From positions 18,367-82,366 of the forward strand of contig DUOT01000015.1 in NCBI GenBank assembly GCA_012838705.1: a stretch of 64,000 nt of DNA. The letters are read 5' to 3'. How positions within the stretch are numbered: position 1 is the stretch's first letter; each line of letters opens with the position of its first letter. Made by a program: the position numbers and the translations under genes. The notes under the pieces were generated by a model. That model was not told the DNA's origin. It saw only the letters and a list, made by a program, of their open reading frames with translations, and made no database searches. The stretch comes from Acholeplasmataceae bacterium (GTDB taxonomy: Bacteria > Bacillota_I > Bacilli_A > ML615J-28 > CAG-698). This document shows positions 9,996 through 18,926 of the stretch, piece after piece.

Positions 9996-10142
9996 GATTC
10001 CTCCTTAGTTAGTGTATGCTAACTTAATACATTATATATTGTAAAAGGGAAAATGTCAATAAAATTTTTGAGAAAATCGCTTTCCAAATTACTACTATAC
10101 AAAAAACAATTTATATTGTATAATTAAAATAAGAGGTGAAAT

Positions 10143-10532
10143 ATGAAAAGAACTACTGAGTCTCGTGAAGACTATTTAGAAACAATCTTCATATTGGGTA
10201 AAAGACATAAAAACGTACGTTCAATTGATATTGCTAGAGAATTAGGATATAGTAAACCAAGTATTAGTAGGGCTATGGGAATATTAAAAAAATCCGGATT
10301 TATAAATATTGATAAAAATGGTTATATTACTCTCACAGAATTAGGACTAAAACGAGCTCAAGAAATATTTGAAAGACATTCAACAATAACTAATTTCCTA
10401 ATTCATTTAGGGGTAGATGAAGAGATTGCGGAAATAGATGCATGCCGTATCGAACATATAATTAGCGAAGAAACATTTGAAAAAATAAAGGCGAAGGTTG
10501 AAAATGAAAACTACAAAGGTTGCATTAATTAA
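10143..10532 (+). CDS. DtxR/MntR-family metal-dependent transcriptional regulator
   Basis: The HTH N-terminus (…REDYLETIFILGKRHKNVRSIDIARELGYSKPSISRAMGIL…) is typical of DtxR/IdeR/MntR. It is transcribed divergently from feoAB. Confidence 0.8.
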   Translation: MKRTTESREDYLETIFILGKRHKNVRSIDIARELGYSKPSISRAMGILKKSGFINIDKNGYITLTELGLKRAQEIFERHSTITNFLIHLGVDEEIAEIDACRIEHIISEETFEKIKAKVENENYKGCIN

Positions 10533-11661
10533 TTGTTTTAATTATGAGTTAGAAGAATTAAAAACTAAAATTAAAGATGCTTTAGATTTAATCGGGGGAT
10601 TAGAAACAATTCCACAAAATGCAAGAGTATTAATTAAACCTAATTGTTTGGGACCTTTTCACTACTCTCAAGCAATTACAACACATCCTGTATTTGTTCA
10701 GGCTGTTATTCAGATTGTAAAAACGAGAACAAATAATATAATTGTAGGTGATAATCCCGCAACAAAAAACCTCATTTATACATTAAAGAAAAATGGTATT
10801 TATGATGTTATTGAAAATGAAAAAGTAGAGATATTAAAAGGAGATATCTTTACAACTATTTATAACGAAGAAGGTAAAATTTATCATGAATTTGAAGTAT
10901 CCAAACAAATGATTGATGTAGATATTATGATAAACTTACCAAAACTAAAAACTCATGCTTTAATGTATCTAACATGTGCACAAAAAAATCTTTTCGGATT
11001 AATCTATGGCCTTAATAAAGCTAGTTGGCATGTGAAAGCACCAAATCCGCTGGTATTTGCGGAAGCTTTTAATGATTTTTATGGAGCAATATTAAATAGT
11101 TATCAAAACAAAAAAATAATTAACATATGTGATGGTATTATAGGTCTAGAAGGTGAAGGACCAAGCACTTCTGGATTTCCAAAGGAAGCAGGAGCAATAC
11201 TAGCTTCTTTTGATGCAATTAGTCTAGATCGAGTAGCAATTGAGATTGCTGGGTTAGAATATGATAAATATGTATTAAATCAAATTGGATCCAAACGTGG
11301 TCTAGGTGTAGGAAATCTTAAAGATATAGAAATCGTTGGTGAAAAAATTAATACTTTTGAAAATATTAAATTTGTTCCTGCAACAAACCCACTATCAATT
11401 AGATCATTAAGATTATTAAAATTCAAAAGACTACGAAATCTTGTATTAGAACATCCAGTTATCGATAAACAAAAATGTATTAAATGCGGAGAATGCGCAA
11501 AAATATGCCCTCCAAAAGCACTAACAATTAAAAAAGGGTCTTATCCAAAATTAAATAAAACTTCTTGTATTAGATGTTGGTGTTGTAGTGAAGTTTGTCC
11601 TCAAAATGCAATAAATAAAAGCGAAAGACCATTATTAGGAAAAATATTACTTAAAAATTAA
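10504..11661 (+). CDS. DUF362 domain protein with C-terminal 2x[4Fe-4S] ferredoxin domain
   Basis: Two CxxCxxCxxxCP motifs are present (CIKCGECAKICPP, CIRCWCCSEVCPQ). The start is probably the ATG at 10504 rather than the TTG at 10498 used by the ORF track. It overlaps the end of the DtxR-like gene. Confidence 0.65.
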   Translation: MKTTKVALINCFNYELEELKTKIKDALDLIGGLETIPQNARVLIKPNCLGPFHYSQAITTHPVFVQAVIQIVKTRTNNIIVGDNPATKNLIYTLKKNGIYDVIENEKVEILKGDIFTTIYNEEGKIYHEFEVSKQMIDVDIMINLPKLKTHALMYLTCAQKNLFGLIYGLNKASWHVKAPNPLVFAEAFNDFYGAILNSYQNKKIINICDGIIGLEGEGPSTSGFPKEAGAILASFDAISLDRVAIEIAGLEYDKYVLNQIGSKRGLGVGNLKDIEIVGEKINTFENIKFVPATNPLSIRSLRLLKFKRLRNLVLEHPVIDKQKCIKCGECAKICPPKALTIKKGSYPKLNKTSCIRCWCCSEVCPQNAINKSERPLLGKILLKN

Positions 11662-11688
11662 AAAAGAACCACTTGGTTCTTTTTTATT
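11662..11688 (+). terminator. intrinsic terminator after the DUF362 gene
   Basis: The hairpin AGAACCA-CTT-GGTTCT (11665-11680) is followed by a T5 run. Confidence 0.7.
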
Positions 11689-11722
11689 TGATAGACAAAA
11701 AAAGCCTAACCAAATAGACTTT

Positions 11723-12271
11723 TTAGTACAATCTTCTTGGATATACATAAACAGGATATACATATTGTGGGTATACATAACTTGGATATTGTACATAAAC
11801 AGGATAATAAGGTACCATTATTGGTCTAACTTGAGGCCTTTCATCACTCTTAGTTTCTTTTATTTCTTCTTTATCTATTTCTTCTGGTTTCGTTTCTTCT
11901 TTTTCTGTTACGATAGGATCTACATTTGTTTGTTTGATTTCTGGTTCCTCAATTTTTTCTTCACTGTGTTCATCATTATTTTTTATATTCTCTTGTGGCG
12001 ATAATTCATAAAAATGTTCATGATTAGAATTATTTTCTACATTACTTCCTAAATTTAATTTCGGATAATAGTTTTCGATAAACGGCTCCATTGCTTCCAC
12101 ATCTTGATCAACGGCTTCAGGAATTACCGGAATTTTTAATTTTGTTCCTGGAATTAATTTATCCCAATAACGTATATGCTTGTTCTCTTTTTTTAATTCT
12201 TCTTCTTCCAAGTTATAAGCAAACGCAATTTGACTTAAAGTTTCACCATTTCGAACAATGTGAAATTTCAT
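11723..12271 (-). CDS. LysM-domain protein with acidic linker and Tyr/Pro/Val-rich C-terminal tail (SafA-like spore-coat candidate)
   Basis: The N-terminal LysM is …VRNGETLSQIAFAYNLEEEELKKEN…. An E/K-rich linker follows. The C-terminus is PYYPVYVQYPSYVYPQYVYPVYVYP. It is adjacent to cotE. Confidence 0.6.
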   Translation of the reverse strand: MKFHIVRNGETLSQIAFAYNLEEEELKKENKHIRYWDKLIPGTKLKIPVIPEAVDQDVEAMEPFIENYYPKLNLGSNVENNSNHEHFYELSPQENIKNNDEHSEEKIEEPEIKQTNVDPIVTEKEETKPEEIDKEEIKETKSDERPQVRPIMVPYYPVYVQYPSYVYPQYVYPVYVYPRRLY

Positions 12272-12298
12272 ATTCTCCCTTCTTTCAAAAAATCGTTG

Positions 12299-12832
12299 TT
12301 AGCCAACGATTTTTGATTCATCAATGAAATTCTCGTTAATTTCATTTTCGAAATTATCATCGACAATATCTTGGGGTTCACTACTAGTAGTTGCAAACAC
12401 GGTTATCATCATTTTTGTTTCCCCAATTATTTCCGCAAGAACTTCGAATACAATTTCAACATCTATTACATTATTATTAATACTAGCGTTAGTACATGTT
12501 GGTTGCTGTAAAATACGAACGATGACATCACGAGAGTCGTCGCTAACATCTTTTACAATCTGGCGAGTTTTTACTTTTTCGCTATATTTAAACACTTGCC
12601 TTGCAACATCAGTTCTTGTATTATTATCGTATGAATACCAAATATTTACTTCTAAAGTTCCATCAATTTGTACATTTCTATCACTTAAACTAGCTTCAAA
12701 TTCATGATTTATAACCCAGCATCCCAAAATACTGAATGCTTCATTTTCGGGAGTCACTGTATTATTAAGACGAATAATTTTTTTGCCTTTTCCAACGATT
12801 GCTTTCGTTACTATTTCACGAATTTCATTCAT
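12299..12832 (-). CDS. cotE: spore coat morphogenetic protein CotE
   Basis: Comparing with my recollection of B. subtilis CotE, MNEIREIVTKAIVGKGKK…ILGCWVINHEF…NIWYSY…ILQQP…EIIGETK matches MSEYREIITKAVVAKGRK…ILGGWIINHKY…NVWYSY…VLQQP…EVVGETK. It is 177 aa against 181, with an acidic C-terminus. Confidence 0.85.
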   Translation of the reverse strand: MNEIREIVTKAIVGKGKKIIRLNNTVTPENEAFSILGCWVINHEFEASLSDRNVQIDGTLEVNIWYSYDNNTRTDVARQVFKYSEKVKTRQIVKDVSDDSRDVIVRILQQPTCTNASINNNVIDVEIVFEVLAEIIGETKMMITVFATTSSEPQDIVDDNFENEINENFIDESKIVG

Positions 12833-12917
12833 ACTAATCCCTCCTCAATAACAATATATTCAAAATCGAAATGAATTGCTACTAAGATTTAATCTATTTA
12901 AATATATGAGGGATTTA

Positions 12918-14351
12918 CTAAACTATGACACCTTTAAGATGCCAAGTATACGCTTTTTCAACCTTAACATCAACAATTTTACCTATTAAATCTTTACTAC
13001 CTTCAAAATTAACAAGTTTAAAATGAGGTGTATAACCAGATAATACTTTATCATTTTTATTACTTACACTAGTTACAAGTACCTTTACAACATCACTAAC
13101 AAATCTCTTGTTTCCTCGTGCATAACCTTCATTAACTATCTTATTTAGTCGTAATAAACGATCTTTTTTCTCTGCCAGTGGCGTTTCATCAGAAAATTTA
13201 CTTGCTGGTGTACCTTCACGAGGAGAAAAAATAAATGTAAAGGCACCTTCAAAATTAGCTTCTTCGACTAATCTTAAAGTTTCTAAAAAGTCTTCTTCAG
13301 TTTCTCCTGGAAATCCAACAATTATATCTGTTGTGATTGAAATATCAGGAATTAAACTTCTTAATTTTTGTATTTTTTCTAGGTAACTTTCTTTTGTATA
13401 TTTACGATTCATCGCTTTAAGGATTCTATTACTTCCAGATTGTACTGGAAGGTGCAAATGAGGCATAATATTTTTTCCTGTTGCCATTACTTTTATTGTT
13501 TCATCATCTAAATCACGTGGATGACTTGTAGTAAAGCGAATTCTTTCAATATCTGTTTTTTGTAAATCAGAAAGTAAATTTGCAAAGGTATAATTAATAT
13601 CAGTAAAGTCCTTACCATATGCATTAACATTTTGCCCTAATAAAGTTACTTCTTTATATCCTTCACGAGCTAACTCTTTAATTTCATCAATAATATCTTG
13701 AGGTCTTCTTGAACGTTCTTTTCCTCGAGTATAAGGAACAATACAATAAGTACAAAACTCATCGCAACCATACATAATATTTACCCAAGCACTATATTCA
13801 TGGGCACGTTTCTGAGGAATATTTTCTACTATATCCCCTTCATAACTAAATACTTCTAATATTCTTTCTTTATATAAATATGCTTCATTCAAATATTCTG
13901 GTAATTTATGAATATTATGAGTACCAAAAACAATATCTACTTGATTGTATTGATCTTTAATTTTATTTACTGTTCCTTCTTCTTGTGGCATACAACCACA
14001 CACAACAAAAAGCTTATTAGGATCAAATACTTTTAAACCTTTTAATCTTCCTAATTCACCAAATACTCTCTTCTCTGCATTATCTCTGATTGCGCAAGTA
14101 TTTAATATTATCACATCAGCTTCTTCTTCAGTATCAACTTCTGTAAATCCTAATACATCCATTATCCCAGCAATTTTTTCGCTGTCAGCTAAGTTGCCTT
14201 GGCAACCATAAGTTTTTATAATATATGTTTTATCATTTCCAATACCAATTAATTTTTCATCAATTTGATATTGAAGATTTTGTGTTTCTTTTGATAATCT
14301 TTTTCTCGCATCTTTTAAAGATGGTGCAAAATATTTACTATAATCTTTCAT
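12918..14351 (-). CDS. miaB: tRNA-i6A37 methylthiotransferase MiaB (radical SAM)
   Basis: Present are the UPF0004 N-terminal domain (…YIIKTYGCQGNLADSE…), the radical-SAM CxxxCxxC (CDEFCTYC) and a TRAM C-terminal domain. It is adjacent to cotE, as ymcB is in B. subtilis. Confidence 0.85.
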   Translation of the reverse strand: MKDYSKYFAPSLKDARKRLSKETQNLQYQIDEKLIGIGNDKTYIIKTYGCQGNLADSEKIAGIMDVLGFTEVDTEEEADVIILNTCAIRDNAEKRVFGELGRLKGLKVFDPNKLFVVCGCMPQEEGTVNKIKDQYNQVDIVFGTHNIHKLPEYLNEAYLYKERILEVFSYEGDIVENIPQKRAHEYSAWVNIMYGCDEFCTYCIVPYTRGKERSRRPQDIIDEIKELAREGYKEVTLLGQNVNAYGKDFTDINYTFANLLSDLQKTDIERIRFTTSHPRDLDDETIKVMATGKNIMPHLHLPVQSGSNRILKAMNRKYTKESYLEKIQKLRSLIPDISITTDIIVGFPGETEEDFLETLRLVEEANFEGAFTFIFSPREGTPASKFSDETPLAEKKDRLLRLNKIVNEGYARGNKRFVSDVVKVLVTSVSNKNDKVLSGYTPHFKLVNFEGSKDLIGKIVDVKVEKAYTWHLKGVIV

Positions 14352-14380
14352 ATATTCACTCTTCCTTTTTAATAATACAT

Positions 14381-14409
14381 ATTATACCATAACATATTAT
14401 ATTTTTCAA
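14381..14409 (-). promoter_or_regulatory. candidate sigma-A promoter for miaB
   Basis: Read on the minus strand it is TTGAAA-17 nt-TATAAT, with an extended TG (TGgTATAAT), about 30 nt upstream of the miaB ATG. Confidence 0.45.
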
Positions 14410-14569
14410 TGTAACTTGTTTCCATTAAAATTTTATGAATAAAATTTGATTTTTGTTACATAATATAATTGAACTTAAGGAACCCTTAAGTTATAGTTTA
14501 GATTGTTTTCTTTAAAACAGTCGTTATTGGGAGCCACTTTTGGCTCCTTTTCAAATTAAAAAAAGGAAA

Positions 14570-15130
14570 TTATTCCTTTTCATAAATTATCTTTTCAATC
14601 GTATAAACAATTGAAGGTATTATTAATAATTGTAATATTATTCCGATAAAACCACTAGCAAACAAAGTTACAAAGCTTGCAATGAATGCTTTCTCTGGTA
14701 ACTTTATAAAAATATGCGGTAGTATTGTCGATACAACAGCAAACACAATTCTTCCAGCAAGCATTGCAATTATTAAAGCAAAATAAAGATTAAAAATCTT
14801 TTTATTAAATACTTTAACTTTATGATAAAATAACCCTGATAATAAACCATAAATTCCAAGTTCAAATGCCATCGTTGTTGCCATTGGAAGAAGTGGTGGT
14901 CTACCATTAATAAAGCTTGCAAGAAGCGGAGTAATTACTCCACATAATAAACCATACTTATATCCGAGAATTAAACCACATAATAAGATCGGAAAATGCA
15001 TTGGTGAAATAGCACTTGCTACTTCTTGACCAAATCCATGAACAACCATTGGTAAAATAATACCTAAAGCTATAAATAAACTTGTTAAGACTATATTCTT
15101 GATTTCTTTATTCATATATATACCTTCCAA
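14570..15130 (-). CDS. ECF-type transporter substrate-specific (S) component, substrate unknown
   Basis: A 186-aa protein with six predicted TM helices. The size and topology fit ECF S-components (BioY/QueT/FolT-like). It is a stand-alone gene. Confidence 0.5.
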   Translation of the reverse strand: MEGIYMNKEIKNIVLTSLFIALGIILPMVVHGFGQEVASAISPMHFPILLCGLILGYKYGLLCGVITPLLASFINGRPPLLPMATTMAFELGIYGLLSGLFYHKVKVFNKKIFNLYFALIIAMLAGRIVFAVVSTILPHIFIKLPEKAFIASFVTLFASGFIGIILQLLIIPSIVYTIEKIIYEKE

Positions 15131-15227
15131 TTTAAATATTTTACCATAAAAACATTGTTAATGCAATTGAAAAATTAATCAAATTATGATAAAATAAATA
15201 AAGTTTTGGATTTTTAAGAGGTATTTT

Positions 15228-16145
15228 ATGATAATAAAATGGCATAAAGATAAGTATCCTTTATTAAATAATGAAGATTTATATTTATTAATATATGAAA
15301 GTATCTTCGCAACAAACTATCTATGCAATAGTGACACTAATATTTATCAAGATTTATATGAAGAAATAAGCTCTAATCTTGTTCGCGTAAATATAAATAC
15401 ATATAATAAGTATAACCTTAGAATAGACGATTTACACAAATGGCATGATGAAACTATTAAAAACAATAAAGGTTCTTTGCAAAAGTTTTATGAAAAGCTA
15501 AATAAATATAATCTTCCTTTGCCTAAAACTTGTAATTTTGATCATAGTGAAGATTATAAAGAAAACTATTTTCCTAATTATGTAATCATTGATAAAAAGT
15601 TTATTAATGATGAGTTAAAGTATATTCAAGCTTATCATTTTTTAAGCAATCTAAATAGTGGCATCATTGCACTAGAAGGAAAATGTGGAGCTGGAAAAAC
15701 TACACTTTCAAACAAAATAGCACAACAATTAAATATTACTATTATTAATATTGATGACTTTTTCTTACCACCTCATAAAAAAACTCCAATCAGATTAAAT
15801 GAAGTTGGTGGAAATATCGATTATGAATCTATTAAAGATTTACTTAATAAAATAAAAACAAAAGAGGAAATAAAATATCTAAGGTATGATTGTACAAATA
15901 ATGAATATAAACTAACTACAAAAGAGAAAAATAGTTTAATTCTTCTTGAAGGTGTGTATAGTTATCACCCATATTTTAATAGTTTCATTGATTATTTAAT
16001 GTTTTTAGATATTGATGAACATACACAATATGAACGACTAAAAATAAGAAATAATTTTCAAAGATTTATTGATGAATGGATTCCTTTAGAAAACAAATAT
16101 TTTGATACTTTAAATATCAAATACAATGCTAATATTATAATATAA
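15228..16145 (+). CDS. two-domain protein: N-terminal unknown domain + C-terminal P-loop nucleoside/uridine-kinase-like domain
   Basis: The Walker A motif LEGKCGAGKTTLSNKIA sits at about residue 150. The C-terminal half resembles the Udk/PRK kinase fold. The N-terminal 140 aa are unassigned. Confidence 0.45.
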   Translation: MIIKWHKDKYPLLNNEDLYLLIYESIFATNYLCNSDTNIYQDLYEEISSNLVRVNINTYNKYNLRIDDLHKWHDETIKNNKGSLQKFYEKLNKYNLPLPKTCNFDHSEDYKENYFPNYVIIDKKFINDELKYIQAYHFLSNLNSGIIALEGKCGAGKTTLSNKIAQQLNITIINIDDFFLPPHKKTPIRLNEVGGNIDYESIKDLLNKIKTKEEIKYLRYDCTNNEYKLTTKEKNSLILLEGVYSYHPYFNSFIDYLMFLDIDEHTQYERLKIRNNFQRFIDEWIPLENKYFDTLNIKYNANIII

Positions 16146-16172
16146 AAAAAGGCTTTTAGCCTTTTTATTTTT
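16144..16172. terminator. bidirectional terminator between convergent genes (kinase-like + / mrp -)
   Basis: The hairpin AAGGC-TTTTA-GCCTT (16149-16163) is flanked by an A-run and a T-run. Confidence 0.7.
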
Positions 16173-16986
16173 CGAGTAATCTTTCTAAACTATATATCGC
16201 TTTATCTAAATGATTAATATCAATATCCTCAATTCTGCCTTGATCACATAATAATGCAAACTTTGGATTAAGTGGAACCTTTGCAAGTACCTCTAATCCA
16301 TAATCTTCCGCAACATTATCAACATTACTTTTACCAAAGATTTTCATTTGATGATGACAGTTATCACATTCAAGATAACTCATATTTTCAATTAAACCTA
16401 GTGTTGGAATTTTCATCATTTGCGCCATTTTAACCGCTTTAGATACGATCATAGATACAAGCTCTTGCGGGGAAGTAACAATAATAAGTCCATTAACACT
16501 TAGACTTTGAAAAACAGTTAAAGGAACATCTCCCGTTCCAGGAGGCATATCTACAAATAAATATTCAACATCATCCCAAATCACATCACTATAAAACTGC
16601 TTTACAAGACCTGCAATTATAGGGCCTCTCCATACAACAGGATCAGTTTCATTATTTAGTAAAAAATTACTTGAGATAATTTGAATACCCGTCTTTGTTT
16701 TAAGTGGTATTAAACCTTCATCTGTACTATATATTTTCCCCTTAACATCAAACATTTTTGGTATCGACGGACCAGTAATATCAGCATCTAAAATAGCAGT
16801 ATTGTAACCTTTTTTTCGTAACAATATCGCAAGTAATGAAGTAACAAGTGATTTACCAACTCCACCTTTACCACTTGCGATAGCTATTACTTTTTTGATT
16901 CTGCTATGTTTATTTAATGGAAATATATTTATTCTTTTATCGCAATCTTGCTTACAATCATTGCAATTATGATTACAATCACTCAT
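16165..16986 (-). CDS. Mrp/NBP35/ApbC-family Fe-S cluster carrier ATPase
   Basis: It has the deviant Walker A IAIASGKGGVGKS and CxxC motifs, with a Cys-rich N-terminus MSDCNHNCNDCKQDC. Confidence 0.85.
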   Translation of the reverse strand: MSDCNHNCNDCKQDCDKRINIFPLNKHSRIKKVIAIASGKGGVGKSLVTSLLAILLRKKGYNTAILDADITGPSIPKMFDVKGKIYSTDEGLIPLKTKTGIQIISSNFLLNNETDPVVWRGPIIAGLVKQFYSDVIWDDVEYLFVDMPPGTGDVPLTVFQSLSVNGLIIVTSPQELVSMIVSKAVKMAQMMKIPTLGLIENMSYLECDNCHHQMKIFGKSNVDNVAEDYGLEVLAKVPLNPKFALLCDQGRIEDIDINHLDKAIYSLERLLEK

Positions 16987-16998
16987 GTTATTATCCTC

Positions 16999-17595
16999 CT
17001 ACGATAAGTATTTAATTTTATGTAATGAATTTTGATATAATTTCATATATTCTTCATCAGTTATAGCATAAGCATATACATCATGAATCGAACCATCATA
17101 TAACATATATCCTTTTTTCCTAACACCTTCAAACGTTAATCCTAATTTCTCACAAACCCTTTTCGATTGATGATTATTTACAAACGTCGTACATTCAATT
17201 CTCGACAAACCTAACTTCATAAATCCCCAATGCAAAAGGGCTATAGATGCTTCTAAAGCATAACCTTTTCCCCAATACTTTGGATTTATCGTATAACCTA
17301 ATTCAGCTTTAAATTTTCTTACATATGAATGCAGTTCAACGGTTCCAATCATTTTATTTTCACTTTTCAATACAATTGCAAAGACACCTAATTGACCATA
17401 TTTTGTTTTATTTAAAAAGATTTCAATTGTTGCTTTCGAATCATGAATTGTTCTATGTGGTTCCCAACCAGCATTCGGTCCTACATCAGGTAATCTAGCA
17501 TATTCAAAGAAATCACTAACATCAGAATAGTTAATTTCACGCAAAATTAGTCGCTCAGTTTCAATAATTGGCATTTTAAAATTCATTTTATTCAC
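16999..17595 (-). CDS. GNAT-family N-acetyltransferase (RimJ/RimL-like)
   Basis: IETERLILREI… is a typical RimJ-like N-terminus. The acetyl-CoA-binding region is …WGKGYALEA…. Confidence 0.7.
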   Translation of the reverse strand: MNKMNFKMPIIETERLILREINYSDVSDFFEYARLPDVGPNAGWEPHRTIHDSKATIEIFLNKTKYGQLGVFAIVLKSENKMIGTVELHSYVRKFKAELGYTINPKYWGKGYALEASIALLHWGFMKLGLSRIECTTFVNNHQSKRVCEKLGLTFEGVRKKGYMLYDGSIHDVYAYAITDEEYMKLYQNSLHKIKYLS

Positions 17596-17663
17596 TCATC
17601 CCAATATATTCATATACATTATATTATATAAAATTAACATCAAAATTACAATATCATTTTAAG

Positions 17664-17700
17664 CATTTTTAAAAGCACTCTTTACGAGTGCTCTTTTAAA
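17664..17700 (-). terminator. intrinsic terminator downstream of spoVS
   Basis: The hairpin AGCACTC-TTTAC-GAGTGCT (17674-17692) is followed by a T-rich run on the minus strand. Confidence 0.7.
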
Positions 17701-17701
17701 A

Positions 17702-17965
17702 CTATTTTCGACATTCAACAATTAACTTAATGGCAGTTCTCTCCTCGCCATCAATAATGATATCACTAAATGCGGGAATACAAATTAAATCTTTTCCCGT
17801 AGGTGCAACATAACCACGAGCGATCGCAACGGCTTTAATTGCTTGATTAATTGCACCAGCTCCGATTGCTTGAATCTCTACCCCTTGCTTATCTTTAAAG
17901 GCATTAGCAAGTGCTCCTGCTACCGAATTTGGTTTTGACTTTGATGAAACTTTTAATACATCCAT
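17702..17965 (-). CDS. spoVS: stage V sporulation protein S
   Basis: MDVLKVSSKSKPNSVAGALA…IQAIGAGAINQAIKAVAIARGYVAPTGKDLICIPAFSDIIIDGEERTAIKLIVE is near-identical to the B. subtilis SpoVS pattern, from recollection. The true start is the ATG at 17963-17965, preceded by AGGAGG plus 7 nt. The 17992 start in the ORF track reads through the RBS. Confidence 0.9.
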   Translation of the reverse strand: MDVLKVSSKSKPNSVAGALANAFKDKQGVEIQAIGAGAINQAIKAVAIARGYVAPTGKDLICIPAFSDIIIDGEERTAIKLIVECRK

Positions 17966-18034
17966 ATTTTTTCCTCCTATTTTTCTGGTCATAAAATTAT
18001 ATGATAAACAACTATAATTTATGCCTTTACGAGA

Positions 18035-18820
18035 TTATTCTATCACATTGATTTTGTCAATATTTGTTGCTTTAAGGGTTTTTTCATTAATTTCTACAAT
18101 TATGCCATTAAATTGTGTCCGACCTTGATTTTCAGGTTCAAAGCGATGTTTATTCTCATCAATATAGCGGCCAATAATTGTTTCCTTTTTAACTCCAATA
18201 ACACCATCAAGAGCACCAGTCATACCTACATCTGTAATATATGCAGTTCCATTAGGTAAAATACGGGCATCATTTGTTGGGACATGAGTATGTGTACCAT
18301 AAACCACTTGAATGCGTCCGTCAAAGTAATGTCCAAAAGCAATTTTTTCGCTTGTTGCTTCACCATGAAAATCACAAATATAGATATCGCTTTTGACTTG
18401 TTTTAATAATTCTTCTGTTTTTAAAAATGGTGAACTATTTCCCTCTTCCATAAATACATTTCCTATTACTTGAAATATTGTAATCACGATACCATTGTAA
18501 TTAACCGTAACATACCCCCGCCCTCTTGATCCTTCTGGATAATTATAGGGGCGAACAACATTATTGACATCGTCAATAAAGTCGAAAATGTTTTGATTTT
18601 GATACGCATGATTGCCAAGAGTGATGACGTTCACACCTAGAGACAATAACCATTTATAATGCTTTTCATTCATTCCTTTCCCGTGTGATATATTTTCCGC
18701 ATTAACAATTATAAAGTTTACTTTTCGTTCTTCTTTTATTTTTTTGAGGTTTCTTTCAAGACTAGCACGACCAAGTTTTGAAAAAACGTCACCTACTATT
18801 AGCAAATTCACTAGTATCAC
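18035..18820 (-). CDS. ymdB: YmdB-family 2',3'-cyclic-nucleotide phosphodiesterase (TIGR00282 metallophosphoesterase)
   Basis: …IVGDVFSKLGR… and …NAENISHGKGMNEKHYK…GNHAYQNQNIFDFIDD…VRPYNYP… align with B. subtilis YmdB. It sits directly upstream of spoVS, as in B. subtilis. Confidence 0.8.
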   Translation of the reverse strand: MILVNLLIVGDVFSKLGRASLERNLKKIKEERKVNFIIVNAENISHGKGMNEKHYKWLLSLGVNVITLGNHAYQNQNIFDFIDDVNNVVRPYNYPEGSRGRGYVTVNYNGIVITIFQVIGNVFMEEGNSSPFLKTEELLKQVKSDIYICDFHGEATSEKIAFGHYFDGRIQVVYGTHTHVPTNDARILPNGTAYITDVGMTGALDGVIGVKKETIIGRYIDENKHRFEPENQGRTQFNGIIVEINEKTLKATNIDKINVIE

Positions 18821-18879
18821 CTTTCTAATTATATTATACCATATTATTTTATTTTTTAAAGTAGTATTTGAAAATATTT

Positions 18880-18911
18880 GGAAAAAAAGAAGCTATTTTT
18901 CAATAGCTTCT
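18880..18911 (-). terminator. intrinsic terminator after the 760-aa lipoprotein gene
   Basis: The hairpin AGAAGCTAT-TTTTCA-ATAGCTTCT (18888-18911) is followed on the minus strand by a T7 run. Confidence 0.75.
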
Positions 18912-18926
18912 TATGGTCTATTTAAA

